The position numbers were made by a program, and so were the translations under genes. This document shows positions 1-11,500 of a DNA stretch of 64,000 nt, piece by piece. The stretch spans positions 18,455,320 through 18,519,319 of the forward strand of contig NC_068985.1 of the NCBI RefSeq assembly GCF_001194135.2, written 5' to 3'. Source of the stretch: Octopus bimaculoides. Its lineage: Eukaryota. Position 1 is the first letter of the stretch. Every line of letters starts with the position of its first letter. The notes below the pieces were generated by a model. It ran no database searches, was not told where the DNA came from, and was given only the letters and a program-made list of their open reading frames with translations.

Positions 1-650
1 TTGTCATCATTTCTCTTGTCTTCTGCAGCCTTCTTCTGTTTCACACACCTTTCACTATCAGTACACTGCAAAGCTCCCATCAATGATTTACACTACATGT
101 CTGTACCAGTACTGTTGGTTTTCCAGCATAAATTGGCCAGTGCCCAACTCTTCTGAGCTCATTTACTCTCTACCTTTCATGCATGCCAAAATTACACATC
201 CTATTGATCATAGTAAACTCATTTCTCTCCAGTTTAAACAAATTTCATAAACCACTAATCTTCCCCTAATTTTCTTAGCATCCTCCTCACTGCAGGTCAT
301 CGAATCGTATCAAAGGACTCTTGCAGACTGATCAATCCATAAACATTGACTGCAACTTATCAAAATTAATCCTCAGATTATTCGATCCCTTGCAGTTTGA
401 GGTATAAGGCTGCTATAATTACTTCTCTCCTCTGTATCTCTTTTGCTTCTGTAGCAGTTTTCAATGATATTGCTTGTGACTAATTACCTTTATATCAAGT
501 ATTTTCATCATCTTATTGACTCTCTTTGATAGACCCTACTAACCATGCTGCTACTGGTCCCTGTAACTGTCTTCTCACTGAGTAGGAGTTAAGTTTTCAC
601 TATCTTACACGTTCCTCCTTCACGAAATATTTTAATGACCATTTTTAATG
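1..650 (-). mobile_element. Highly decayed RTE-clade LINE reverse-transcriptase fragment
   Basis: Reverse strand gives broken similarity to RT segments of the better copies (CYRSKRDTEERSNY ~ [14 protein letters not shown]; MLRKLGED-W ~ LRKLGVDEW); many stops. Confidence 0.5.
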
Positions 651-1249
651 CTTGATGGAAATTGATGTTGCTATTAATTTGAGCAGTCTCTGGACTTGTT
701 GGTGGTTAAATATAGTGTTTGAGTATCTGTAGAAAAGTTTGTGCCAATGGGGCAAAATTCTAAAATCCAAGAACCTGGGAAGTGTTGTTTGCCACTCTTT
801 TTGTATTAAATCATTTTCACATATTTGATAAAATTTGAGGACCAGGTTTATGGAATGAATTTGTCAAGGTAAAGTTTTGTGACTACCTGTCTCCCTCTTT
901 TGCACACATATATTTCAATTTGTAAAATTAAACTTGTGTGTGTGTGTGCATGCATAGGACCTTTTCCCTTTCTAAGCATATGAAACAGCAATTGCTCTGT
1001 TGAATAAACTATCCCACCTTTACTAGCATGAATAATTGAGATGAAAAACAAAACAGAAACAAACCCGCTTGGCTTAAATGATTTATAAGAAACAATACAG
1101 AATCATTATCAATGATTTAAAGTTAGATAATTAGTTTATGTAAAAGAAAACGGAGGGCAACTGCTTACTAAAAATGAATTTAACTTGGAACTTTTCTTTT
1201 GAGAATTAACTACTTAGAAATTTACATATTGTGGTAATAAAATAGATTT

Positions 1250-1645
1250 GCAACATTGTGGCTAAGAAGTTTGCTTCCCAACCACATGGGTTTAGATTCA
1301 TTCTCACTGTGGCACCTTGGGGAAGTCTTCTACTATAGCTCTGGGCTGACCAAAGCCTTGTGAGTGAATTTGGTAGATAGAAACTGAAAGAAGCCTGTTG
1401 TGTAGCTGTGTCTTTGTTTTGACATTGTGTGATAGCTGTAAACCAGTGTCACTGATATACAAGCTGTATCTTTTGTTTTGAATCTTCTGTGAAAACATGT
1501 CCAGCTATGAGGAAATATTTACTTTGCTTGCTTGGTGAGGGTTGATGACAGGAAGGACAGGTGGCCATAGAAAATCTGTCTCAACAAATTCCATCTAACC
1601 CACGCAGGTATGGAAAAGTCGATGTTAAAATGATGATGATGATGT
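1250..1645 (+). mobile_element. SINE: tRNA-like head + (TG) spacer + body + RTE-type 3' tail ending (GAT)n
   Basis: Head (gtggctaagaagtttgcttcccaaccacat...gaaactgaaagaagc) recurs many times; tail matches the 3' end of the RTE at 57227. Confidence 0.7.
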
Positions 1646-2721
1646 TTCTCAATCAATTGCTTTTTTTTCTTTTACCTTTTTTTTTTTTTTACCTGTTTTC
1701 TAACTGTAAATTCTTTAAGGTTTATTTAAAGATTTTTTCTTTTTTGTATTCCTATTTATAATAAGTTTGCAACAGGGAAGCATGCTGTGTAGTGAGTGTA
1801 CACAGTAAGCATCTCACACTTGCAATATCATCATCATTTTAATGTCCATGCTTGCATGAGTAGAGGTTTGATGGAGTTTATTGAGGCAGATTTTCTATGG
1901 CTGGATGCCCTGTGGCCAACTTCCACTTGTTTCCAAGTAAGGTAATATTTCCCCATGGCCAAACTGCTTGTATGACAGTGATATTCATTCCCGACTTTCA
2001 TGCAATGTCAAGATTAGGGGACACAAACACACATGCACTCATTCTTATGCTCTTGCACACATACAAACACACGAATGTGTGTGATTGGTGTTAGGAAGGG
2101 TATCTGGCTGTAAAAATCCTGCCAAAACAGTTACAGAAGTCTGGTGCAGGCTTCTGCCTGGCTGGCTCTTGTCAAACCATCTCACCCATGCCAGCATGGA
2201 AGGCAGGCGTTAAATGATGATGATGATATATAATATACTTCTTTCAGTTTCCATCTACCACATCCATTCCCAAGGCTTTGGTTGGTCCAGGGCTGCAGTA
2301 GATATTTACCCAAGGTACCATGCTGTGGGACTGAACCTTGAAACCATGTGGTTGAGAGCCACACCTGCATCTCTCTTTCTCTTTCTCTCTCTCTCTCTCC
2401 CTCCCCACTATCTATCTATTTATCTATGGTGAGTTGAAAACTTTGATCAACTGAAGTTATCCAAGCAATTAGTAAATGAATCTCTCCTTTTAGATACATT
2501 TAAAATCTAAAAATCTAAAGAACAAAAACCTAGCACAGAAGGTTGCTCTCATAAGATCAATTGAGCAAAAAATTCTGGACAATATAGACAGTGCATATTT
2601 GAGTAGATCTGGTTTTTAAAGTCAACTGGTGCAAGCAGCGGACATAATTTGGTTTTGATAAAGCTCCTCAGAGAAGCATATTCAGCATGTGCTACTCAGT
2701 TGGTAAAACTAAGAGCAATCA

Positions 2722-2752
<31 letters not shown>

Positions 2753-3617
2753 AGGGAGAGGGAATATAGTGGAATCGATTATTAATATCAATAATATGGT
2801 TGGGAGAAGATACATTTTGTCGATAGTTTAAACAAATCTGCATCATCGTTTTTTTTTTTTTATCCTTTTAACTTATGCCAACCATTCTTCACTAAATTAA
2901 ACACAATTTTGGATTTATTTATCCTCATTCATCATCATCATCGTCGTCTGCCTTCCATGCTAGCATGAATGCCTTTCAGTATTTTCTTTGGTCTACATCT
3001 TTCCTAGCTGGGAGAAGGAAAATCTAGTGAAGGACATGAACTATTTCAGCATTTGTTTGTCCAGCAGTACTTTTGAACATTTGTTCATATAATGGGGTGG
3101 TATAACACTCCTTTAAAAAAACTTCATGAATTGTTATTCAAATATATTCCTTCTGCTGTTTCAACATATTTCTCCATTCACTGATGAACAGATTGATTGC
3201 ATTATCTTCAATCTTTTACTTGTTTCAGTCAGACTGGCCATGCTGGGGCACGGTCATGAGGGACTTTTAGATGAATGAATTGACCCCAGTATTTGTTTTT
3301 TTTTTTTGGTAAGCTTGGTATTTTTATATATGTAAATTTTGCTGAACAGTTAAGTTATGGGGATGTAAATGCACCAACACCGGTTGTCAAGCATACAAAC
3401 ATGCATACCTGACTGGCCTTTGTACCGGTGGCACGTAAAAGCACCCACTACACTCTCGGAGTGGTTGGCATTAGGAAGGGCATCCAGCTGTAGAAACTCT
3501 GCCAGATCAGATTGGAGCCTGGTGTAGCCATCTGGTTTCACCAGTCCTCAGTCAAATCGTCAACGCATGCTAGCATGGAAAGCGGACGTTAAACGATGAT
3601 GATGATGATGATGATGA

Positions 3618-3667
<50 letters not shown>

Positions 3668-4519
3668 ACACACACACACAATGGGCTTCTTTCAGTTTCT
3701 GTCTACCAAATTCACTCACAAGGCTTTGGTCTGCCCAAGGCACTTGCTCAAGGTACCACACAATGAGACTGAACTTGGAGCCAAGTGGTTGGGAACCAAG
3801 CTTCTTATCACACAGCCACGCCAGAGCCTATGCAATAGATGACACTTTCAGACTTCCTCATAGTGCTATCTTGGCACACTTGGAAATGAGCACATTTCAC
3901 AATAGCAAACAAATTGCACTTCTCTTACTATTTCTTTTTCTCACTCCCTAAGTAAAATATGAGAAAAGAGAAGACTAGCTGACTCACCATCTGAAAAATA
4001 TAAGCTTTAAAAGCAAAAGATAAAATTGGGAGTGTCCAAGTACCCTGCTGGCCTAATGCAGGATTAAAATAGGAAATGTCTTATAAACTAATAAGACTTT
4101 CTATGTTGCCCAGAGAGATTTGAAATATTCCTAAACAGCAATATTTCTTTCTTTCCTTAAGATATCAATTTGTTTGCAAGAGAAATCAAGATAATACTGA
4201 AATTACTGGCTCCAATATTATATTTAGGGTAGGCGCATGGTTTAGTGGTTAAGGTGTTGGACTCTTGATCATAAAAACTGATTTTGATTCCTGAACTGGG
4301 CAATGCTTTGTGCTCTTGAGCAAAACACTTCATTTCATGTTTGCTCCAGACCACTCAACTGGTAAAAATGATTAATCCTGCAACAGACTGGTGTGCCATC
4401 CAGGGAGAAGTATATATATGCCAGAAGAACCAGGAAACTGGCACGATGCTCTTTACTAACCCCCATTATAATTAACAATTCTCTTATTCTTTTATAAGCA
4501 AGACTATGTAAAATTGTGA

Positions 4520-4889
4520 TGGCTCTGTGATTAAGAAGCTTGCTCTGCAACCACATTGTTTTGGATTCCGTCCTGCTGTGTGGTACTTTGTTACATCTAC
4601 TATAGCTCTTGCGAGTGAATTTGGTAGCTGGAAACTGTGTCGAAGCCTGTTGTATATGTATATGCTTTTGTGTTTGTTCCCTCCCACCACTGCTTGATAA
4701 CTGTGTTGGTTTATTTATGTCCCCCATAACTTAGCTGTTTAGCAAAAGAGACTAGTAAAATAAGTACCAGGCTTGAAATAAGGACTGGGGTTGATTTGTT
4801 TAACAAAACCTGTCAAGACTCCACCTTGACTGGTTTAGTTGAACAAATCAACATTGCATAGCCACAACCGAATGACTGAAACAAGTAAA

Positions 4890-4892
<3 letters not shown>
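4520..4892 (+). mobile_element. SINE: same head + (TA/TG) spacer + second body type (taacttag...aataagtacc...aatgactgaaacaagtaaa)
   Basis: Homologous copies at 5737-6160(-), 48404-48690(-), 43867-44300(+), 51590-51800(-). Confidence 0.75.
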
Positions 4893-4946
<54 letters not shown>

Positions 4947-4976
4947 AACAGGTTGTATGGAGCACTGCATCAATAA

Positions 4977-5341
4977 ATCAAAGGTAGAACAGAAAGAACA
5001 CAACAAATGGAAACCAACAAAACAATATGTGGAAAAATAGATGATAGCATGACAAATGACAAAAACAAGATACACAGATCATTTGCAGCCGATTAGCAAG
5101 CACATCATTTGGAGTCTGGAAAGTCCTTGTAGTTTTGCCCCTTTATCTCCGTCGAGTGGTATCAGAAATAAAGGAGTGAAACTACAAGGACTTTCTGGAC
5201 TCTAACTGATGAGCTAATTGGCTGTGAATGATCCGTGTATCTTGTTTTTGTCCTGTTTGCCGTTTGTCATGCTATCCTCTCTTTTTTCCGTGTTGTGTTT
5301 TGTTGGTTTCTGTTTGTTGTATTCTTTCTGTTCTACTTTTG

Positions 5342-5343
<2 letters not shown>
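4977..5343. repeat. Fold-back (MITE-like) element, arms 4977-5146 / 5168-5343
   Basis: About 170-bp inverted arms aligned by eye, 21-nt spacer, (TA)n flanks. Confidence 0.9.
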
Positions 5344-5415
<72 letters not shown>

Positions 5416-5508
5416 ATAATCTGCTTTCATTTATTTATTCTAAGTAGACCATTCTCACTTATGTGGAATTTAATGCACCATCAAAGCCGTCCTATGTCAC
5501 TTTTTCAC

Positions 5509-5735
5509 TTAACCCTTTAGCATTCAGATTACTCTGTCAAATGTAATGCTTATTTATTCACATTGTTTTGAATTAATCATGCATTAGCTCATAGCTTCAA
5601 GATTTTGATGATGTGATTGTTTATTTTTAGAACATCATTGTAGGGTGGATATGAAAGACCAGGTTTTCCCAGCTTGAACATAAAACAAGTAGTGTATTTG
5701 CGCCAGATATGGCTGGTTTAAATGGTAAAGGATTA
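5509..5735 (+). mobile_element. piggyBac-like MITE family A (TTAA-CCCTTTAGCATT...AATGCTAAAGGG-TTAA)
   Basis: TTAA ends with CCC/GGG termini. Other copies: 7071-7249, 17326-17570(-), 18128-18350, 30490-30700(-), 42816-43035, 43078-43650(-), 51982-52213, 54432-54600. Confidence 0.75.
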
Positions 5736-5736
5736 C

Positions 5737-5946
5737 TCTTTTACTTGTTTCTGTCATTTGACTGCGGCCATGCTGGAGCACCGTCTTTAGTTGAGTGAAT
5801 CAACCCCTGGATTATTCTTTGTAAGCCCAGTACTTATTCTATCGGTCTCTATAGCCGAACCGCTAAGTTACGGGGACGTAAACACACCACCATCGGTTAT
5901 CAAGCGATGTTGGTGGGGACAAACACATACACACAAACATATACAC

Positions 5947-5997
<51 letters not shown>

Positions 5998-6007
5998 NNN
6001 NNNNNNN

Positions 6008-6062
<55 letters not shown>

Positions 6063-6160
6063 GACACGCTTCTTTTCAGTTTCCGTCTACCAAATCCACT
6101 CACAAGACTTTGCTCGGCTTGAGGCTATAGTAGAAGACACTTGCCCAAAGTGCCACGTAG
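5737..6160 (-). mobile_element. SINE copy with internal (TA)n/(TG)n microsatellite
   Basis: Little-diverged reverse copy of the 4520 family; contains a 10-N gap at 5998-6007. Confidence 0.75.
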
Positions 6161-7565
6161 TTAAATAAATTTTTAAAATCTAAACCAACTGGTACGAGAG
6201 AAGGTGTGCACGGCTAAACTTAAGTCATTTCTACTGTGTATCAGTTGCTATTCCAACTTACTACCCTCATAAATAGGTAACCTGCAGTGTGACTTGCAGA
6301 GTCCCCATGTTGTCCGTATTGAAATTGCATATTACTAAACAGCTATAAATTGTCTAAAATGAAATTGGCTATGTTTTTGTGTTGCAAGATTCCTGATATG
6401 AACCTGTGTGTTGAAACAGATATTGTTGTACTTTGGGATGGTCGTTTTTTTCAGCTTTTACTTGTATCAGTCATTGAACTACAGCCATGCTGGAGCACTG
6501 CATTGAGCACTGCTATTACACTTTCTGATTGAATTGTCAAGCTTGATCAACTGAGGTGATAGGTGTCATCCAACCGTCTCAATTTTGGTCTAGTCCTTGG
6601 TCTCTTGCTGGTTGGCTCAGCTAGAAGAATCTATCTCATGCTTCTTTCCTATGACATTCAAGTTAGAATTCCAGAGTCCTGAAGTTGTGACCTCTCAATG
6701 TGAAATAGCTACCCAACCTGTTGAGACTCTGATTTTCAAGCTTTGCACTTTGTCAACTAACATTATTCCAGAGATTCTTTGGAGGAACCCCATTTCTGCC
6801 GCATTGTATTCACTGTGTAGAGTGGTTGGTGTTAGGAAGGGCATCCAGCCATAAAAACTATGCCAAAACAGACACAGAAGCATGGTGCTGGCTTCTGCCT
6901 GGCCAGCCCCTGTCAAACCGTCCAACCCATGCCAGCATGGAAGGAAGACATCAAACGGTGATGATCCATTCACAATTATACTGGGGATTAAAACTTGTTC
7001 ACAGGTCTACTTGCAGTATGTTAATGCCCATTATCTGACACTTGTCACAGATATTAAGGTTGTTGAGTGTTTAACCCTTTAGCAGCGAGATTACTTTATC
7101 AAATGTTATGTTTTGAATTAATCATGTATTATCTTGTAGCTTTAAGATTTCGAATGATGTGATTGTTTACTTTTAGAATGACATTGTAGGGTAAGTGTGA
7201 GAAGCCAGATCTGGCTGGTTTGAATTTTCAGTTTAAATGCTAAAGGTTATGGATATTTTTTGTATTTTGTTTCAAAAAGATGATTTAACAAATGAAAAAG
7301 AGATTTGTTTTTGAGGAAGTAAAAATTCTTCAGTTATATTCCTTGTCATGGTGAGATGAACAGAGACATTCATAATCAAATAGGACATTGACATTTGGTA
7401 TCAATCCTTTATTCTATTGAAATATGTTGGATTGTCTTTACAGATTAAATAAAGAATGTATGTTGTTTGAAATATTACTTTTACTGTTTGTGAAGATATT
7501 TCCCCAAACCAACAGTAGTCTGTGATTTGAAATATTACTGAAATAATATATATTTCTCTCTGTAG

Positions 7566-7642
7566 ATGAAGTTGGTGCGCTGGTATTTGATATTGGTTCT
7601 TATTCCTTTCGTGCTGGATATGCTGGAGAAGACAGTCCAAAA
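7566..7642 (+). CDS. ACTL6A: ACTL6 exon 2 (77 nt): (D)[25 protein letters not shown]
   Basis: tttctctctgtAG acceptor, phase 1 start, GTAAGT donor; actin phosphate-1 loop motif. Confidence 0.96.
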
Positions 7643-8551
7643 GTAAGTGGATCTAGTTTTATTAAAGAAAAGAAATAAACTTCCAAACGTCTTTATCTTT
7701 TTTTTGTGTATTTGTATTTGGAGCATTCCTATATTTTTTGTTAGTTTTTCTGTCTTTCTTTCCTAACTCCTTCAACCTGGATCAACCTCAACTACTGCAT
7801 TTAATCTATTTTCTAACAATATTTTCCTCCTTGTTAATCATGCCTCATCTACATTACAATTCTATCATATTTTACTACCAGCAATTTTTTTGGCTACAGA
7901 TTTCCTATATTTTCTTGTCTTTGACTTGGATATCTTCTTCTTTTGTTGCAGCAGTACTTGATCTATTGCCAAAGAAATGTTGCTTTAATTCTCTGTTTAC
8001 CATACTGACAATTATTATTCACAAACTATTCTAATCCATATCACCACCATTATTTTTCCATTCTTGCAATGCTTGTCTGCATGCAGAATACAGCATATTT
8101 TCTCATCTTTCAATTCTGCACACAGTATTTCATGTAGTTGAAACTAGTGCTTTTATGGGGGAATTCTGTTTCTACTCACTATGATATAATATGAGATCTA
8201 TTTAAAAATGATGCGATTATGAGAAGCCCTTGTCATATTACATTTGATTTACTTATTCAGCTCTGATTAATATCATTCACACGCATTGTCTTTTTAATGT
8301 GACAATAAAAATTGATTAAATCTGGTAAACGGATACAATTTGTAAAAGGAAGAAATTGTCTTTTAGCAATTATCTTGATCAATTTTTGTATCACCTCTTT
8401 TACTAACACTTTTTTCAATTACCACCCGCTTCCTACAATTCAGCAAAATGAAATACATGTACACATACATTTTCATCTATGCACTCACACATAACATCTA
8501 ATACTATTGCACTTGTAACATTAGATTTTATATATGTGTGTATATATGAAC

Positions 8552-8593
<42 letters not shown>

Positions 8594-11500
8594 CATCATC
8601 ATTTAGCATTTGCTTTTCATGCTGGCATGAGTTAGATGGTTTGACACCATGTCTCACAACTCTTATAGACCCTTCCTTTCATCTTTAATGGGAACCTTTG
8701 CCCATATAACAACGCTCCACATTCCCTGAACTTCACCCAGCCAAGTCTCGCTCTTGCTGTCACAGCTGCTTCACATCCACCACTTACATCCACCANNNNN
8801 NNNNNTCACTGCTGCTTCACATCCACCACTTACATCCACCATATCTCCCAAACAACTAAACCCTCTCACCGTTTCCACCTCATTAGATAGCATTTCCACT
8901 GGTTCCATCAGCCTACCTTCTCCTTTCTCGCATCTTCCACAAGCCCTCTCGCCAGTCTTGGGGTCAGCTTCTTCGTTTTCGTACACCTACCATGAATCCA
9001 TTTCTCACATCTCACACACAACACCACACTTGCCATTACACTCCTCCCACATACACCACATGGAACCACCTTACTCACTAACACTTCTCCTTCCACTCCG
9101 CTCACCATCACTTTTGTCTTCCCGAGGTTTACCTTCAAACCCTTGCTTTCAAATGCCTCCTTCCATTTCCAAAACTTCTCCCTCAATCCCTCCATCGTCT
9201 CACTCATCAGAGTGAGGTTATCTGCATACATTATCAATCCCTCTCTTGCACTCTCCATCACCACATCAACCTGATCCAACAGTTTGATGCCTCTGTAATT
9301 ATTTCTGTCTAAGGCGTCACCTTTACCTTTGTAGCAGTTGACTATGGTGCTGCTACACCAGTCATTGGGTATGAGTCCTTCGTGTACAACCTGATTAACT
9401 ACAGGGGTGACTAGATCGTAACCCATTCCACCAGATATTTTAAGCATCTCAGCAGTGATTCCTGATGGGCTGGGGACTTTCCCAGTCTTCATATCCTTCA
9501 TGGCTTTATCTACCATGCTACTGTCTATTTGGATTGCTGGTCCCCCTGTTGGATCCACAGTAGGCAGATTCTCCTTCTCCCATGTGTTCTCTACATTTAG
9601 TAGCTTTCATAGTGGAACTTCCAGTTATCATCTATGTTACAAGTCTCTAACTCCTCTTCTTTCTCATTAAATGCTTCAGTTAGGATGTCTCTAAATCTCT
9701 GACTATTCAAAGGACCCTTAAGCTTCCATATCCTTCTTTTTCAAGCTGGTTTACTTTTGGGGTTCCTTTGTGCCTGTAGCTTGAAGTCACTAATGAATAA
9801 CCTATGCTGAGGGGTATACTCTTCACTAGGGAAGGACTTTGCATTTATGAGCAACCATGAAGCCTACTTTCTGTTGAGAATGTAGTCAATATGGTTACCA
9901 TGGTCACCGGATTTATAGGTTATCAGGTGACCAGCTGGCTTTCTGAAGTTGGTGTTGTAGATCATTAGGTTATTTGCATCACAGAACTCCAACAGCCTTG
10001 TTCCCTCTCCATTTCGGGAACTATGGCCTCCATGCACCCCATGGAAGGCACCTGGGTGCTGCCCAACATGTCCATTGAAATCACTAGCCATGAAGATAAG
10101 GCCATTACTATTTATCTTTGAAGTGGCTTGCAAAAGAGTGTCATAAAAGCGGTCCTTTTGTTCATTTGGCAGACCCCCAGGGGTAGGGGCATAAGCAAAG
10201 ATGATTGTTGCTGTGCTATTCTGCAAAACTAGTCTAAGCTTAAGTACCCTGTCACATACATTGACTACTTGAATCACCTTATTTACCCATTTCTCTGCTA
10301 GAAGTATGCCAGTACCTCCTACCCCATCACTGTTGCCCTCCCAGAAGAATTTATACCTAGGCCTTTAGCTTGTGAGGAACTTTGCTGAAACTCCCTCTAT
10401 CAAACTTCTTGAATGCAACACACATCAGCACATCTCCTTTCAAGCATCTCAGTAATTTCACCAGACCTACCTTTCAATGTGCCTACATTGATAGTGCCAA
10501 CTCTGAGGGAATATATGTGGAGTCAGGAGGCAACACGGGGCAAGAGAACTGGCTATCAGCATCTGAAAAGAAGGTTGTAATGAGCATTTGCCAGGAAGGG
10601 TTACCATGAGAGGTTATGGTACAGAAAAGAGATTTCCAGTATAGGTAGTGGGGGTGGGAAAGGGTGGGTGCATCATGGAAAGTATTAACTAAGAGGTGGG
10701 AGAAAGATAGGGAGCAACCATGAAATTTAAATTAAGTTGAATTTAAATAGCATTACCACAGAGTTGAAAGGATATATTAACATCTTAATGCTACAAGTGC
10801 AGTGGCTTATATATGGAAATGCCCACAAATTTTAAGTGTCTCTTAAATCATACATTTTTTTATTGTTTATAATTTACATGCACATATGGTGTATATTCAG
10901 TTTTGTTTATTTATCTACATTCTGAAGTTTATTATTGTTGTTGATGATGTTATTGTGATTGAGACTAAGAAGCATTTTATTATAATATTACATAAATTAC
11001 TTTAACATTTAAGTAGGAGGCAAAGATAGAAAAAAAACTGTACATGCATCCTGCTGGGTGGTTGGTGTCAGGAAGGGCATCCAACTGTAAAAATCATGCC
11101 AAAACAGACGCAGAAGTCTGGTGCAGGCTCCTGCGTAGCCAGCTCCTGTCAAACCATCCAACCCATGCCAGCTTGGACAGCAGACATTAAACAATGATGA
11201 GGAGGAGGAGGATGACATCTTGTTCTCAGTACTAATGTAAAATTTTCTGGCCCCACTCTAGGGAGGTATTGCCCACGTTAAGAAGCACTAGTTATCATAT
11301 AAAAGTGTTTGAACTGTCCTGAGTTCTGTTTGAAAACCTGACTTTGATTGTTCTTCAAGTATACACTAATATTGGGATGGCAACTAAGATCCCGCTGTTT
11401 TTTTTAATTTCAAATTTTTTAGAAGGTTTAATAAAAAATAACAACTAATTAATCAATAATGTATTTACCCTTGTTGTTGACAACTTCTTCCCAACGTTCA

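Noticed and set aside
4848-6168. ORFs rich in YI/HT/CV repeats (also 45534-45953)
   Set aside because: Translations of dinucleotide microsatellites.
1-7565. ACTL6 first coding exon (MSGGVYGG-like) and promoter
   Set aside because: No matching ATG-initiated segment with a phase-1 donor found by eye; probably upstream of the window or too diverged to see.
7566-7568. ATG at the start of exon 2 as start codon
   Set aside because: It is out of frame with the ACTL6 reading frame; the bases are the split Asp codon (G|AT) plus the G of Glu.
8757-8845. Direct repeat flanking the 10-N gap
   Set aside because: Near-identical sequence on both sides of a placeholder gap is typical of unmerged contig overlap.
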